This document shows positions 9,830 to 19,726 of a stretch of DNA of 47,510 nucleotides, piece after piece. Origin of the DNA: Clostridiales bacterium DTU086 (GTDB taxonomy: Bacteria > Bacillota > DTU086); contig LFTO01000005.1 of assembly GCA_001513335.1 (NCBI GenBank), positions 1-47,510 of the forward strand, written 5' to 3'. The notes under the pieces were generated by a model. It ran no database searches, was not told the origin of the DNA, and saw only the letters and a program-made list of their open reading frames with translations. A program made the position numbers and the translations under genes. How positions within the stretch are numbered: position 1 is the first letter of the stretch; each line of letters opens with the position of its first letter.

Positions 9830-10945
9830 CTAAAACAGCTCTTCACTGGGCGTGTACTCAAGCCCCTGAGCATCAGCAACACCCTGAATAGTCAGTTTGC
9901 CTTTGTATACGTTAAGCCCCTTCCTCAGTGCACTGTTTTCCTGCATAGCCCTTTCCGCTCCCTTGTTTGCAATTTCAAGGATGTAAGGCAGAGTAGCGTT
10001 GGTCAGTGCAATGGTCGAGGTCCGGGGAACCGCCCCGGGCATATTGCCTACGGAGTAATGGACAACGCCATACTTGATATAATAGGGATTTTCCAGAGTC
10101 GTGCTCCGGTCAATTGTTTCAATGCAGCCCCCTTGGTCAACGGCAACATCTACCAGCACGGAACCCGGCTTCATGGATTTTACCATCTCCTCGGTAACCA
10201 CCTGCGGGGTCCTGGCACCGGGAATCAGTACAGCACCGATAACCAAATCGGCTTCCTTGACCGCTCTGCCAACGTTATAGCTGTTGGACATCAGGGTAAT
10301 TGCGCGGCCGTTAAAGAGATCATCTAGGTATGCCAGGCGGTCTCTGTTGATGTCGATAACTGTAACTTGGGCACCCATACCTACAGCCATCTTGGCAGCA
10401 TTGGTACCAACACTGCCGCCGCCGACAACTACAACTTTACCGGGCTCGACACCGGACACACCTCCAAGTAGAATCCCCCGGCCGCCGTTAGTCTTCTCCA
10501 ACAGGTGGGCACCAACCTGGATGGACATCCGACCGGCCACCTCACTCATAGGCAAAAGCAGGGGGAGAGACCCGTTTGGCAGCTGCACTGTTTCATACCC
10601 TAAAGCAACCACTTTGGCTGCCAGCAGAGCTTGTGTCTGGACAGGGTCCGGAGCCAGGTGAAGATAAGTAAATATTATCTGGTTTTCTTTTAAAAGACCA
10701 TATTCCTGTTCCAGTGGCTCTTTTACTTTGATAATCATCTCGGCCGCATCAAACACTTCCCCGGGAGTATCTAGAATCTCAGCCCCGGCTTCTATATATT
10801 CCGCGTCACTAAAGCTGCTGCCCAGACCCGCGGACTTTTCAACGTAACATGTGTGGCCGGCCCTGACCAGGGTGTCAATACCCGCAGGAGTCAAACCTAC
10901 CCGGTTTTCCTGGGGTTTTATCTCTTTTGTCACTCCAATGATCAA
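9830..10945 (-). CDS. ald: Alanine dehydrogenase
   Basis: [43 protein letters not shown] and [11 protein letters not shown] motifs. Confidence 0.96.
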   Translation of the reverse strand: MIIGVTKEIKPQENRVGLTPAGIDTLVRAGHTCYVEKSAGLGSSFSDAEYIEAGAEILDTPGEVFDAAEMIIKVKEPLEQEYGLLKENQIIFTYLHLAPDPVQTQALLAAKVVALGYETVQLPNGSLPLLLPMSEVAGRMSIQVGAHLLEKTNGGRGILLGGVSGVEPGKVVVVGGGSVGTNAAKMAVGMGAQVTVIDINRDRLAYLDDLFNGRAITLMSNSYNVGRAVKEADLVIGAVLIPGARTPQVVTEEMVKSMKPGSVLVDVAVDQGGCIETIDRSTTLENPYYIKYGVVHYSVGNMPGAVPRTSTIALTNATLPYILEIANKGAERAMQENSALRKGLNVYKGKLTIQGVADAQGLEYTPSEELF

Positions 10946-11225
10946 TGTCTTCTCCTCCCCGTCTCTAATATATCAGAGTCTGAAACGATGTTTGCTTAAG
11001 CAGTATTATAAACCGGGTTAACACCCAAAGAAAACAATTAATAACCAATATTATAAATAAACCTCTTTAAATAAACAATTGGATATAATAGCCTCTGTTG
11101 CCCTGCAATCTGCCGCTTTTCAAGTATATATTACACTGTAGTTTTTCCCGAGGAGCTCACCGTATCATCAGGATATATTTCCAATAACCATAAACCGGCA
11201 CTTGTCTACATCCAAATTCCCCTGC

Positions 11226-11714
11226 CTAGCTTCTTACAGGGAGAATAACCTTTTCTAGTCTCCCCTTGGTAATCCTAATCAGATCCACCGGCGACAGTTC
11301 AATTGAAGATCCAATTTTCCCGGCGCTGATAATAAGGTTTTCCAACAATAAACAGGACTCATCAACTACTGTCTCATATTTCCTCTTCATTCCTATCGGC
11401 GAACAGCCGCCCCGGACATATCCGGTGACTTTATTGATTTCATTAACTTTTACCATTTCAAGAGACTTTTCATTTACCACTCTGGCTGCCGCTTTTAAGT
11501 CCAGTTCTGCCGCAACGGGAATTACGAAAACATAATAGGTTTTGCTTGCTCCCCGGCAAACAAGAGTTTTATAAACATATTCAACAGGTTTTCCAATTTT
11601 CTCTGCAGCCGATATTCCGTCAGAAAAACCATTTTTACCCTCATAATGATGTGTTGTATATGAAATGCCTGCCTTATCAAGGATACGCATTGCATTTGTT
11701 TTAGTATCAGCCAA
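11226..11714 (-). CDS. ybaK: Cys-tRNA(Pro) deacylase YbaK
   Basis: KTNAMRILD, VYKTL, TGYVRGGCSPIG and SAGKIG motifs. Confidence 0.93.
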   Translation of the reverse strand: MADTKTNAMRILDKAGISYTTHHYEGKNGFSDGISAAEKIGKPVEYVYKTLVCRGASKTYYVFVIPVAAELDLKAAARVVNEKSLEMVKVNEINKVTGYVRGGCSPIGMKRKYETVVDESCLLLENLIISAGKIGSSIELSPVDLIRITKGRLEKVILPVRS

Positions 11715-11840
11715 AATTTATCACACCTTTTGTTCGTTCTAAGATGTCAACAGCAACAGCACAAATTATTATTATATCTGTTTTTGTATTCCCGGGCTAT
11801 TACTCCCTCTGTTAACGAGTTAGCTGGCGACCCTCTGCAC

Positions 11841-11867
11841 AAAAAGCCGGGGGAAAATACCCGGCTT
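11841..11867 (-). terminator. Intrinsic terminator after dusB
   Basis: AAGCCGGG/CCCGGCTT stem followed by a U-tract on the minus strand. Confidence 0.7.
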
Positions 11868-11926
11868 GACTGACTGTGCAAAGTATTAGTTTTAGGTTTG
11901 TTCTTTTTCCCTGAACTGTACTTCCC

Positions 11927-12889
11927 TTAGTATTCTTCACGGAGGTTTTCCAAAAGCTGCATCAAATCCTCCAGATTGTCAATCTTGTTAATTCTGTCCC
12001 GGAGGCGTGCTGCCCCCCGGAGTCCTTTGGTATACCAGGCCAGGTGCTTGCGCATTTCAAGTAAGCCTCTCTTTTCCCCCTTAAAGCGCACCAGAAGATG
12101 CAGGTGCTCTATAGCTGTTTCCAGCTTCTCCTGCCACCCGGGATCCGGAAGTACGCGTCCCTCTTCAATATAAGCAATGGTCCGGGAAAAAATCCAGGGA
12201 TTGCCCATTGAAGCACGGGCAATCATTACAGCATCGCACCCTGTAGTGTCCAGCATCCGCCGTGCGTCCTCCGGGCTTCGGATATCACCGTTCCCCACAA
12301 CAGGAATCTTCACTGCCTTCTTTACCTGTTCAATAATACCCCAGTCAGCACTGCCGGAGTAAAACTGGTCCCTCGTCCTCCCATGAACTGCAACAGCTGC
12401 TGCACCGGCTTCCTCTACTGCCAGAGCCAGCTCAACGGCGTTAACAGTATCCTCGTCCCAGCCTTTGCGCATTTTGACTGTAACAGGCACCTCTACCGCT
12501 TCTACAACTGCTTTTACAATTTCCGCCGCCAGAGGGACATCTCTCATTAAGGCTGAGCCCTCTCCGTTCTTGACTATCTTCGGTGTCGGGCAGCCCATAT
12601 TGATATCCACTACCGCAGCCCCCGTACCAACAGCTATTTTAGCCCCCTGAGCCATTATTCCCGGCTCACTGCCAAACAGCTGAACTGCAATAGGACCCTT
12701 CTCTTCCTCTAAGTTCAGGATTTCAAAAGTCTCCCTGTTTGAATATGTAAGTGCTTTGGCACTGGCCATCTCAGTTACAATAAGGCCGCAGCCCATTCTG
12801 TGGAGCAGAATGCGGAAAGCTTTGTCGGTAACCCCTGCCATGGGTGCGGCAAAAACCCTGTTTCTTGTTTCAACTGTACCGATCCGCAT
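11927..12889 (-). CDS. dusB: tRNA-dihydrouridine synthase B
   Basis: APMAG, QLFGS, NMGCP, HGRT and GNGDI motifs. Confidence 0.95.
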   Translation of the reverse strand: MRIGTVETRNRVFAAPMAGVTDKAFRILLHRMGCGLIVTEMASAKALTYSNRETFEILNLEEEKGPIAVQLFGSEPGIMAQGAKIAVGTGAAVVDINMGCPTPKIVKNGEGSALMRDVPLAAEIVKAVVEAVEVPVTVKMRKGWDEDTVNAVELALAVEEAGAAAVAVHGRTRDQFYSGSADWGIIEQVKKAVKIPVVGNGDIRSPEDARRMLDTTGCDAVMIARASMGNPWIFSRTIAYIEEGRVLPDPGWQEKLETAIEHLHLLVRFKGEKRGLLEMRKHLAWYTKGLRGAARLRDRINKIDNLEDLMQLLENLREEY

Positions 12890-12906
12890 TTAAATTACAG
12901 CCTCCG

Positions 12907-13677
12907 TTACTTGTTGCGATTATATATGATTCTTAACCCTTCCAGGGTGAGGTCTCCGTTGATCACATCAAATATTTTTACATGGGGACCAACAACCTCA
13001 GCCAGCCCTCCTGTAGCAATGGCCTTTGCACTGCACCCTAAATCATCACGTATCGCCTGGATTGCAAATTGTATTCCACCGATTACGGAATAATAAATAC
13101 CGGCCTGCATAGAGGTAACAGTGTTTTTCCCGATTGCCGAAGCGGGTTTTTTCAGTGCCACACGGGGAAGCTTGGCCGCTTTTTGAAATAAGGCCTCCAT
13201 GGAAATATTTATTCCGGGAGAAATTTGGCCCCCCAGGTACTCCCCTTGGGAAGATATAACATCAAAAGTAGTGGCGGTCCCAAAATCCACCACAATCGCA
13301 GGGCCGCCGTATAATTCATAGGCTGCAACAGTATTGGCTATCCTATCCGCACCGACTTCCCGGGGATTGTCTGTTTTTATAGGTATGCCGGTTTTTATTC
13401 CGGCACCCACTACCAGCGGTTCAGTGCCAAACAATCGGCGAATCATAGCCTGAAGAATTTGAGTGGCATTCGGAACAACAGAAGCTATTATTGCTCCTTT
13501 AATCCCTGAAGGGTTAACTTTAGCAAGGGAAAGAAAACTTCGGGTCATAATTTCATACTCATCAACAGTTTTTATGGTATGAGTACTCAATCTCCATGAA
13601 GCAACCAATTTGTCAGGTAAAAAAATTCCCAGAACAATATTCGTGTTGCCGATATCCACTACAAAAACCAAATTCAA
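12907..13677 (-). CDS. coaX: Type III pantothenate kinase
   Basis: DIGNT, VGADR, VDFGTATT and ATGG motifs. Confidence 0.96.
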   Translation of the reverse strand: MNLVFVVDIGNTNIVLGIFLPDKLVASWRLSTHTIKTVDEYEIMTRSFLSLAKVNPSGIKGAIIASVVPNATQILQAMIRRLFGTEPLVVGAGIKTGIPIKTDNPREVGADRIANTVAAYELYGGPAIVVDFGTATTFDVISSQGEYLGGQISPGINISMEALFQKAAKLPRVALKKPASAIGKNTVTSMQAGIYYSVIGGIQFAIQAIRDDLGCSAKAIATGGLAEVVGPHVKIFDVINGDLTLEGLRIIYNRNK

Positions 13678-13695
13678 TCACATCCTTTGGCATTT

Positions 13696-14667
13696 TTATG
13701 TCATCCCGGTAACGGTAACCTCCCCGGAGTAAAATACTTTAGTGCAGCCTTGATGGTCTCTAAGAAGCAAACCCCCTTCAGGGGTAATATCTTCCGCCAC
13801 TCCTGCAAAATACTTTTCCCCCATTTTTAAGACCACATTGCGGCCTAAAGTTAAGTTGTTTTGCCTCCACTGGTTCAGGATGGATGAAATTCCTTCACGG
13901 CAGTAATGGAAATAGTTTGCTTCTAACTGAGACAGCATTTCACGGACCAGGCTTTTTCTGTCAACGTTCTTTCCCAGGTACATCGCCAGAGTCCCCGCTC
14001 CGGAGGCTTCCTTTTCCAACTGTCTGAAATCAGAATTAACATTGAGACCGATTCCAATGATAATATAATTGACCTGGTCCACTTCACCTTTCATTTCCGT
14101 AAGGATTCCGCATATCTTTTTCCCTTCCAGGAAGATATCATTGGGCCACTTGATGAGAGGGACAAGTCCTGTCACCTTTTTTATGGCATTGACAACAGCT
14201 ACTGCCGCAACCAGGGTAATGCCCTGGACTTTGTGGGGAGGCACATCCGGCCTGAGAATCACGGACATCCAAATACCTCCCGCGGGAGAATGCCAGGACC
14301 TGTTCATACGCCCCCTCCCTTTCGTCTGCTGTTCCGCAATTACAACCGTCCCTTCAGGGGCACCTTCTTCAGCCAGCTTCTTGGCTGCGTTATTCGTGGA
14401 ATCTACCCTGTGGTAATGGCGGATTTTACATCCCAAAACCCTGGTACCCAATCCTTGCGATACTTCCGCGGGATAGAGAACATCAGGCACAGAAACCAAT
14501 TTATATCCTCGTTTGGGTACAGAATGGATAACGTACCCTTCGCTCCTCAGGGCTTCAATATGCTTCCATACTGCTGTTCTGCTAATTCCCAGAGCCAGGC
14601 TTATTTTTTCACCGGAAACATACTCCTTTCCGGCTGATGAAAGGAGAGAAAGAACCTTTTGTCTCAT
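13696..14667 (-). CDS. birA: Bifunctional biotin ligase/repressor BirA
   Basis: N-terminal HTH (SGEKIS...SRTAVWK), GRGRMNR, KWPND, KICGIL; ATG 14667 with GGGAGG RBS. Confidence 0.96.
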   Translation of the reverse strand: MRQKVLSLLSSAGKEYVSGEKISLALGISRTAVWKHIEALRSEGYVIHSVPKRGYKLVSVPDVLYPAEVSQGLGTRVLGCKIRHYHRVDSTNNAAKKLAEEGAPEGTVVIAEQQTKGRGRMNRSWHSPAGGIWMSVILRPDVPPHKVQGITLVAAVAVVNAIKKVTGLVPLIKWPNDIFLEGKKICGILTEMKGEVDQVNYIIIGIGLNVNSDFRQLEKEASGAGTLAMYLGKNVDRKSLVREMLSQLEANYFHYCREGISSILNQWRQNNLTLGRNVVLKMGEKYFAGVAEDITPEGGLLLRDHQGCTKVFYSGEVTVTGMT

Positions 14668-14824
14668 AGAACCTCCCAAAAATTAAAAGTTATATTCAAA
14701 CAGCACCTGTGAAAGAAACATATTTCCCCAATAGTCCTAGTAGAATCTCCCGGATAGCCTATTCATTATCCCAAAGTAACAGATTAAAATAATAGCAAAA
14801 CCTTCTTCCCAAAAGGAAGTTGCA

Positions 14825-15205
14825 ATGGATACCATTCATGTAAGAAATTCCAATAACAAAATAATTGCAAATAACGTTGCGATAGCTGCAAGGTTTTTCC
14901 AACGGGCACGGGGGCTTTTACTTTCCAAGCCTTTAAAGGAAGGGGCAGGGCTGTGGATTAACCCCTGCAATGCAGTTCATACTTTTTTTATGACCTATTC
15001 CATTGATGTAATTTTCCTCGACAAGAATATGCGCATCACCAACATTCTGGAGAATATGTCTCCCTGGCGAGTGAGTCCCATAGAAAAAAACGCTCAAAGC
15101 GTCCTTGAACTGCCCGCCGGAACAGCAAAGAAGCACTCTGTTACCATAGGAGAACAACTTGTTTTTCAACTTCCTGACACCAACAAAAAACAACAGCAGG
15201 GGTGA
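14825..15205 (+). CDS. DUF192-family protein
   Basis: RARGLL, VHTFFM, IDVIFLD and VLELPAG motifs. Confidence 0.88.
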   Translation: MDTIHVRNSNNKIIANNVAIAARFFQRARGLLLSKPLKEGAGLWINPCNAVHTFFMTYSIDVIFLDKNMRITNILENMSPWRVSPIEKNAQSVLELPAGTAKKHSVTIGEQLVFQLPDTNKKQQQG

Positions 15206-15296
15206 AAGGTTTCCAGGTTAAACCCCTTCCATAAACGCATTCCTGGTTGTGTCACTTTGAAAATGGTTGCAATTTATAGGCTTGTTTGCGCCTTTA

Positions 15297-15644
15297 TCAT
15301 TCAAGAGGAATATTGCCTTCTCCCACATGGACAACCACCGGAGAATGTTCTTTCAATTCCTCGGCACTAAAATGACCGTAAGACATGATAATTATTTTAT
15401 CGCCCGGTTCCGCAAGCCTGGCGGCGGCACCGTTAACACAGATCTCTCCCTGCCTCTCGGATTCAATTACGTAGGTCACGAAGCGGCTGCCATTGTTGGT
15501 ATTTACCACGTGGACTTTTTCGTAGGGGAAGATATCCGCCGCCTGGAGGAGTCTCCGGTCAACTGTCAGGCTCCCGACATAATCCACATTCGTTTCAGTC
15601 ACCTTTGCCCTGTGGATTTTGCTCTTAAGCATTTCTCTCAGCAA
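15297..15644 (-). CDS. panD: Aspartate 1-decarboxylase
   Basis: KSKIHRA, YVG-SLT self-cleavage site, TYVI and NGAAAR. Confidence 0.96.
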   Translation of the reverse strand: MLREMLKSKIHRAKVTETNVDYVGSLTVDRRLLQAADIFPYEKVHVVNTNNGSRFVTYVIESERQGEICVNGAAARLAEPGDKIIIMSYGHFSAEELKEHSPVVVHVGEGNIPLE

Positions 15645-15659
15645 CTATATCCCTCCTCA

Positions 15660-16520
15660 TTATGTCCGCCTTTGAGGTGATTCAAAAATGAAATTATCGA
15701 TTAACCTTGTCTTCCCAATCCAAACAGCAACGGCTACCAGTACCCTCCCTTTGATTTCCTCTATGTCTTTCAAAGTCACGGCATCTTTCACCACAAGATA
15801 ATCTATACAGGCCAGGGGTTCCCTCTTGATAACTGCTGAAATTTTTTCTGCTACCAGCGCCGCCCTTTTCTCTCCCTGTTCCAGAAGAGCTCTGCCGGCC
15901 TCGAGGCTTTTGGGGATAACAAGGGCCGCTTCTCTTTCCCTTTTACTCAGGTAGGTATTCCGGGAACTCATAGCCAGACCGTCATCTTCACGTATAATGG
16001 GCATTACCCTTATTTCAACGGGGAAGTTCAAGTCCTCAACCATTCTTTGAACCACCAGTGCCTGCTGGGCATCCTTCTGTCCAAAATATGCCCGGTTGGG
16101 AAGAATAATATTGAACAGCTTGGATACTACCGTGGTCACCCCCCGGAAGTGACCGGGTCTGGAAGCCCCGCACATTTCATCTGTGAGACCGTAAACATTC
16201 ACAAATGTACTGAAATTTTCCGGATACATTTCTCCCGGCGCAGGAACGAATAAAATGTCTACACCGGCTTTTTCAGCCAGATCCTTGTCCCTTTCCAGAT
16301 CCCGGGGATACTCATCAAAATCTTCATTTTCCCCAAACTGTGTAGGGTTGACAAACAGGCTCACAACGGTAAAATCGTTTTCAGCCCTGCTGCCCTCCAT
16401 TAAACTGAGGTGTCCCCGGTGAAAAAATCCCATTGTCGGGACGCACCCGATCGTGGCACCGGTCCTTTTTATTTCCAGACTGGTTTTCTGCATTTCCTGA
16501 ATACTTGTTATTACCTGCAT
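15660..16520 (-). CDS. panC: Pantothenate synthetase
   Basis: VPTMGFFHRGH, FVNPTQF, RPGHF, FGQKD, AMSSRN and RLIDN. Confidence 0.97.
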   Translation of the reverse strand: MQVITSIQEMQKTSLEIKRTGATIGCVPTMGFFHRGHLSLMEGSRAENDFTVVSLFVNPTQFGENEDFDEYPRDLERDKDLAEKAGVDILFVPAPGEMYPENFSTFVNVYGLTDEMCGASRPGHFRGVTTVVSKLFNIILPNRAYFGQKDAQQALVVQRMVEDLNFPVEIRVMPIIREDDGLAMSSRNTYLSKREREAALVIPKSLEAGRALLEQGEKRAALVAEKISAVIKREPLACIDYLVVKDAVTLKDIEEIKGRVLVAVAVWIGKTRLIDNFIFESPQRRT

Positions 16521-16566
16521 CTGTCAGACTCTCCTTCTACCAAAAAACAGCTAAAAAATAATTGCC

Positions 16567-17427
16567 TCAGCTAAGGAGGCTTTTTAATTCTTCAAGTTGA
16601 TCTTTCTTTAGCTTTCCCTTTTCCCAGGCAATCTTTAATGTTCGCCTGCCTAAAGCCTTATAAAGGTCCAGTATATCCGGTGCGTTTTCCTCCAGGCTTT
16701 TTATGTGCCTTGCTACAGTACCAATATCTCCCCGGCTTATCGGCCCCGTAAGTGCACCTGCAGGTTTCATAACCCTCAAGTTCCCCAGAGTACCTTCAAT
16801 AAGAGGCAGGAGGGCTGGAACGAGACAATCCTTTTCCACCCCGGATAAATCAAGAAGTTCCAAAGCAGCATCGAAAAGAGTTACCAGGTAGTTGGAAGCC
16901 ACACAGGCAGCAGCATGATAGAGCACCTTATCCTCTGCATTTAAGACAAAAAATTCTGCCCCAATCCGGGAAACCATAATTTTTCCTATTTTTACCGCTT
17001 CAGGATGGCCTTCCAGGCTGAAAACACACAAAGGCAGGTTTACCAGCGCCTCCTCAACTGAGGCGCAGCTCTGCAGGGGGTGCATGCTCATTACATATGC
17101 CCCACAATCCGCTGCAGGCTGGAGGATTTTAGAGGTATGGGCACCGCTCATATGAACCACAAACTGCCCAGGCCCCAGACATTTGCTTTTGCTTAATCCA
17201 AGAACCACCTCTTTTACAGCATCGTCCGGTGTAGTAATAAACAGTACATCACAGCTGGCAGCTAATTTTGCAGCATCGCTGTAAAATTTGCCTCCAACTT
17301 CTTTTGTGGCCCGGTAGGCGGAAGTCTCCGACCGGCTGAAATAACCCGCAATCTCGTAACCGCAGGCACCTAAAAGGGAACCCATAGTCTTTCCCATTAC
17401 TCCTGCTCCAATGAAACCAATTCGCAT
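16567..17427 (-). CDS. panG: Rossmann-like + DUF2520 protein, probable PanG-type ketopantoate reductase
   Basis: GAGVMG, TPDD, HMSGA, MHPLQS, YHAAACVASNY and LTGPISRGD; first gene of the pan operon. Confidence 0.8.
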   Translation of the reverse strand: MRIGFIGAGVMGKTMGSLLGACGYEIAGYFSRSETSAYRATKEVGGKFYSDAAKLAASCDVLFITTPDDAVKEVVLGLSKSKCLGPGQFVVHMSGAHTSKILQPAADCGAYVMSMHPLQSCASVEEALVNLPLCVFSLEGHPEAVKIGKIMVSRIGAEFFVLNAEDKVLYHAAACVASNYLVTLFDAALELLDLSGVEKDCLVPALLPLIEGTLGNLRVMKPAGALTGPISRGDIGTVARHIKSLEENAPDILDLYKALGRRTLKIAWEKGKLKKDQLEELKSLLS

Positions 17428-17444
17428 AAGCAGCCCCCCAGGAT

Positions 17445-17515
17445 AAAAAAAACCCGGCTTAAACCGGAAGGTATCCTATTATTCCTTCCGTCTCAGTCCA
17501 AAAGGATCCAAGCGG
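17445..17515 (-). ncRNA. pan RNA motif-like cis-regulatory leader with terminator/antiterminator
   Basis: Minus strand CCGCTTGGATCC-TTTT-GGACTGAGACGG resembles the pan motif hairpin as recalled; followed by a CGGAAGG/CCTTCCG antiterminator and a TCCGGT-TTAA-GCCGGG-T8 terminator just before the panG RBS. Confidence 0.75.
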
Positions 17516-17531
17516 GTAAGCGTGTAAGAAT

Positions 17532-17560
17532 ATAGTAGCAGAACAGGATATTCCTGTCCA
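17532..17560 (-). promoter_or_regulatory. Sigma-A promoter of the pan operon
   Basis: TGGACA-N17-TACTAT with extended -10 TG; palindrome ACAGGA-TAT-TCCTGT at 17543-17557. Confidence 0.6.
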
Positions 17561-17659
17561 GTTTACCTGGCAATTTAACCCTTCAAACTCAACAATCTCC
17601 CGTGCCGGGGCTTGAATGCTTTAAGGAAAGGCTGTAAAAAACGACAAATTAAAACCTGC

Positions 17660-18148
17660 TTATTGGGTGTATAAATTAACAAACTGGGTACCAACATCGG
17701 TTTTAGACAGGAATTTCTTCAGCGGAGTGCCATCGGGCAAAGTAACGTCAGGGTTCACTTCCAGCAGAGGAACAAGCACAAAAGCCCTTTCAACCATTCG
17801 CGGGTGAGGGATTTCCAGCTCCCTGTCATGAATAACCTCGTTGTCATACAAGAGAATATCCAGATCGATAATCCTTGGCCCCCAGCGCAACAGGCGCTCC
17901 CTGCCCATTTGTTTTTCAACGGCAAGAAGAACCCGGAGCAGTTCTTTTGGGTTCAGGGTTGTTTTTAACCTGGCAACCATGTTTAAAAACATAGGTTGGT
18001 CCGGCACCCCCCAGGGTTCCGTTTCATAAATAGAGGAAAGGGCATCAATCACTATACTCTCATTTTTCAGGAGCTCCAGAGCACGATGAAGGTTTGCAGC
18101 CCGGCTGCCAACATTCGAACCCAGACTCAAATAGGCTGTATGTGTCAT
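17660..18148 (-). CDS. folK: HPPK
   Basis: LSLGSNVG, YETEPWG, FLN, WGPRIIDLDIL, IPHP and RAFVLVPL. Confidence 0.97.
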   Translation of the reverse strand: MTHTAYLSLGSNVGSRAANLHRALELLKNESIVIDALSSIYETEPWGVPDQPMFLNMVARLKTTLNPKELLRVLLAVEKQMGRERLLRWGPRIIDLDILLYDNEVIHDRELEIPHPRMVERAFVLVPLLEVNPDVTLPDGTPLKKFLSKTDVGTQFVNLYTQ

Positions 18149-18504
18149 TGCCTGCTCCTTTCAACCTGAACCTCCGCGTAGTCCATATAACCGGAAAGGG
18201 GGGGATTTTGTTTTCTAACCCTGATAATTACCCTTGTCACGGGAAACCTTGATATAACAGCACGGGCCAATCTGACGGCAGCAGTTTCAATGAGACTGTA
18301 AGTCTCTTTATTGAACTCACTTTTGATGAATTCGAATACTTCCGCATAGTTGACTGTCTGAAGGAGATCATCAGTGTTCCCGGCCTCTTCGAGAGGAAGG
18401 AATAATTCCGCATCAATTTCAAAATGTCTACCCAATTCTCTTTCACAGGGGTAAACTCCGTGGAAACCGAACATGCGCATTCCCTTTAGGGTGATCCTAT
18501 CCAT
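18145..18504 (-). CDS. folB: Dihydroneopterin aldolase
   Basis: ATG 18504 overlapping the folP end; GFHGVYPCE, TVNY, LIE, RK. Confidence 0.95.
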   Translation of the reverse strand: MDRITLKGMRMFGFHGVYPCERELGRHFEIDAELFLPLEEAGNTDDLLQTVNYAEVFEFIKSEFNKETYSLIETAAVRLARAVISRFPVTRVIIRVRKQNPPLSGYMDYAEVQVERSRQ

Positions 18505-19699
18505 TTCCCGATTCCCCCATTCCCAGTATTGCATCAGTCATCCTGGCCACCTGGCACATTTCTTTCACATCATGAACCCGAACAATATCCGCCCCCCGCA
18601 TAATAGCTGCGGCAACCGTTGCAGATGTTCCGTGAAGCCTTTCCCAGGGAGGGACATCCAACACGCTGCCTATTACAGACTTGCGAGAGGTACCGATAAG
18701 GATCGGGCTTCCAAGACACTTTAGAGCATCCAGACGGTTTATTACCTCCAGATTCTCCCTTGCGTCCTTGGAAAACCCAATACCCGGGTCAAGGATAATA
18801 TTTTCTTCCCTGACACCTTCCTCCAGGGCTTCTCTCTTCTTTTTCCCCAGGGTAGATATTATTTCCCCGATGATATCCATGCCGGGCTCTCTGACACTGT
18901 GCATAATGATAAAGGGTGCCCCATATTCAGCAACAGTGCTGCTCATCAGGGTATCACCGGAACCTGATACATCGTTGATAATGTCAGCTCCCCTGTCCAA
19001 TACGGCCCGGGCAGTAGAAGCCTTGTATGTATCCACAGAGATTGGGATATTAACTTTCTGCGCTACCTTTTCCAAAACCGGTAGAAGACGGGCTATTTCC
19101 TCTTCACTGCCAACAGGCTCATACCCCGGACGGGTGGACTCTGCGCCTATATCAATAATATCTGCTCCATGTTCTTCCATTTCCAGAGCCCTGTCAACAG
19201 CCAGCTGCGGGTCCGAATAGCATCCGCCGTCGGAGAAGGAATCCGGGGTAACATTGAGAATGCCCATTACAAGAGTATGCCTGCCAATAACCAGTTCCTT
19301 ATTGCCGCAGTGAAGGATTCTTAAGCTACTTCCATTTGCCAGGTTATTCAACACATCCTCCAGTTCTTTGGACAATTGGGGCAGTTGAAAATCCTGAAGA
19401 TTTAATTTTGGCAGCAGTTTACGATACTGGGCCAAAGTACCCAGGAGTACAACATAGCTGTCGGAAAGCCCCTTGATAACCTGTCCATGGACAGCTGCTT
19501 CTCCACCCTTGGAAAGCATTTCCTGCTTCAAAATCTGCGCCGCCTGGGCAGAGAGAGGCCCTACTTTAATGGCAAAATGCTGGGCTTTAGGGGCCATAAT
19601 ATTGATACCTTCTTCCCATACCCCCAGGCCTTTCATCAGCTGCCTGGCCTGAGCCTGGCTGTCCACACGGATTGGATGTATATTGAACCTCTTTTTCAT
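18497..19699 (-). CDS. folP: Dihydropteroate synthase with ~130-aa N-terminal extension
   Basis: MGILNVTPDSFSDGG, GAESTRPG, DPGIGF, SRKS and RVHDV. Confidence 0.96.
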   Translation of the reverse strand: MKKRFNIHPIRVDSQAQARQLMKGLGVWEEGINIMAPKAQHFAIKVGPLSAQAAQILKQEMLSKGGEAAVHGQVIKGLSDSYVVLLGTLAQYRKLLPKLNLQDFQLPQLSKELEDVLNNLANGSSLRILHCGNKELVIGRHTLVMGILNVTPDSFSDGGCYSDPQLAVDRALEMEEHGADIIDIGAESTRPGYEPVGSEEEIARLLPVLEKVAQKVNIPISVDTYKASTARAVLDRGADIINDVSGSGDTLMSSTVAEYGAPFIIMHSVREPGMDIIGEIISTLGKKKREALEEGVREENIILDPGIGFSKDARENLEVINRLDALKCLGSPILIGTSRKSVIGSVLDVPPWERLHGTSATVAAAIMRGADIVRVHDVKEMCQVARMTDAILGMGESGNG

Positions 19700-19726
19700 C
19701 GCAAGTTTCCTCCCAAGAAATCAAAA

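Noticed and set aside
9282-9882. Short ORFs within repeat loci (also 19683-20055, 32392-32592, 33738-34119) sharing peptide segments
   Set aside because: Similarity arises from the DNA repeat; frames, starts and stops are not conserved between copies
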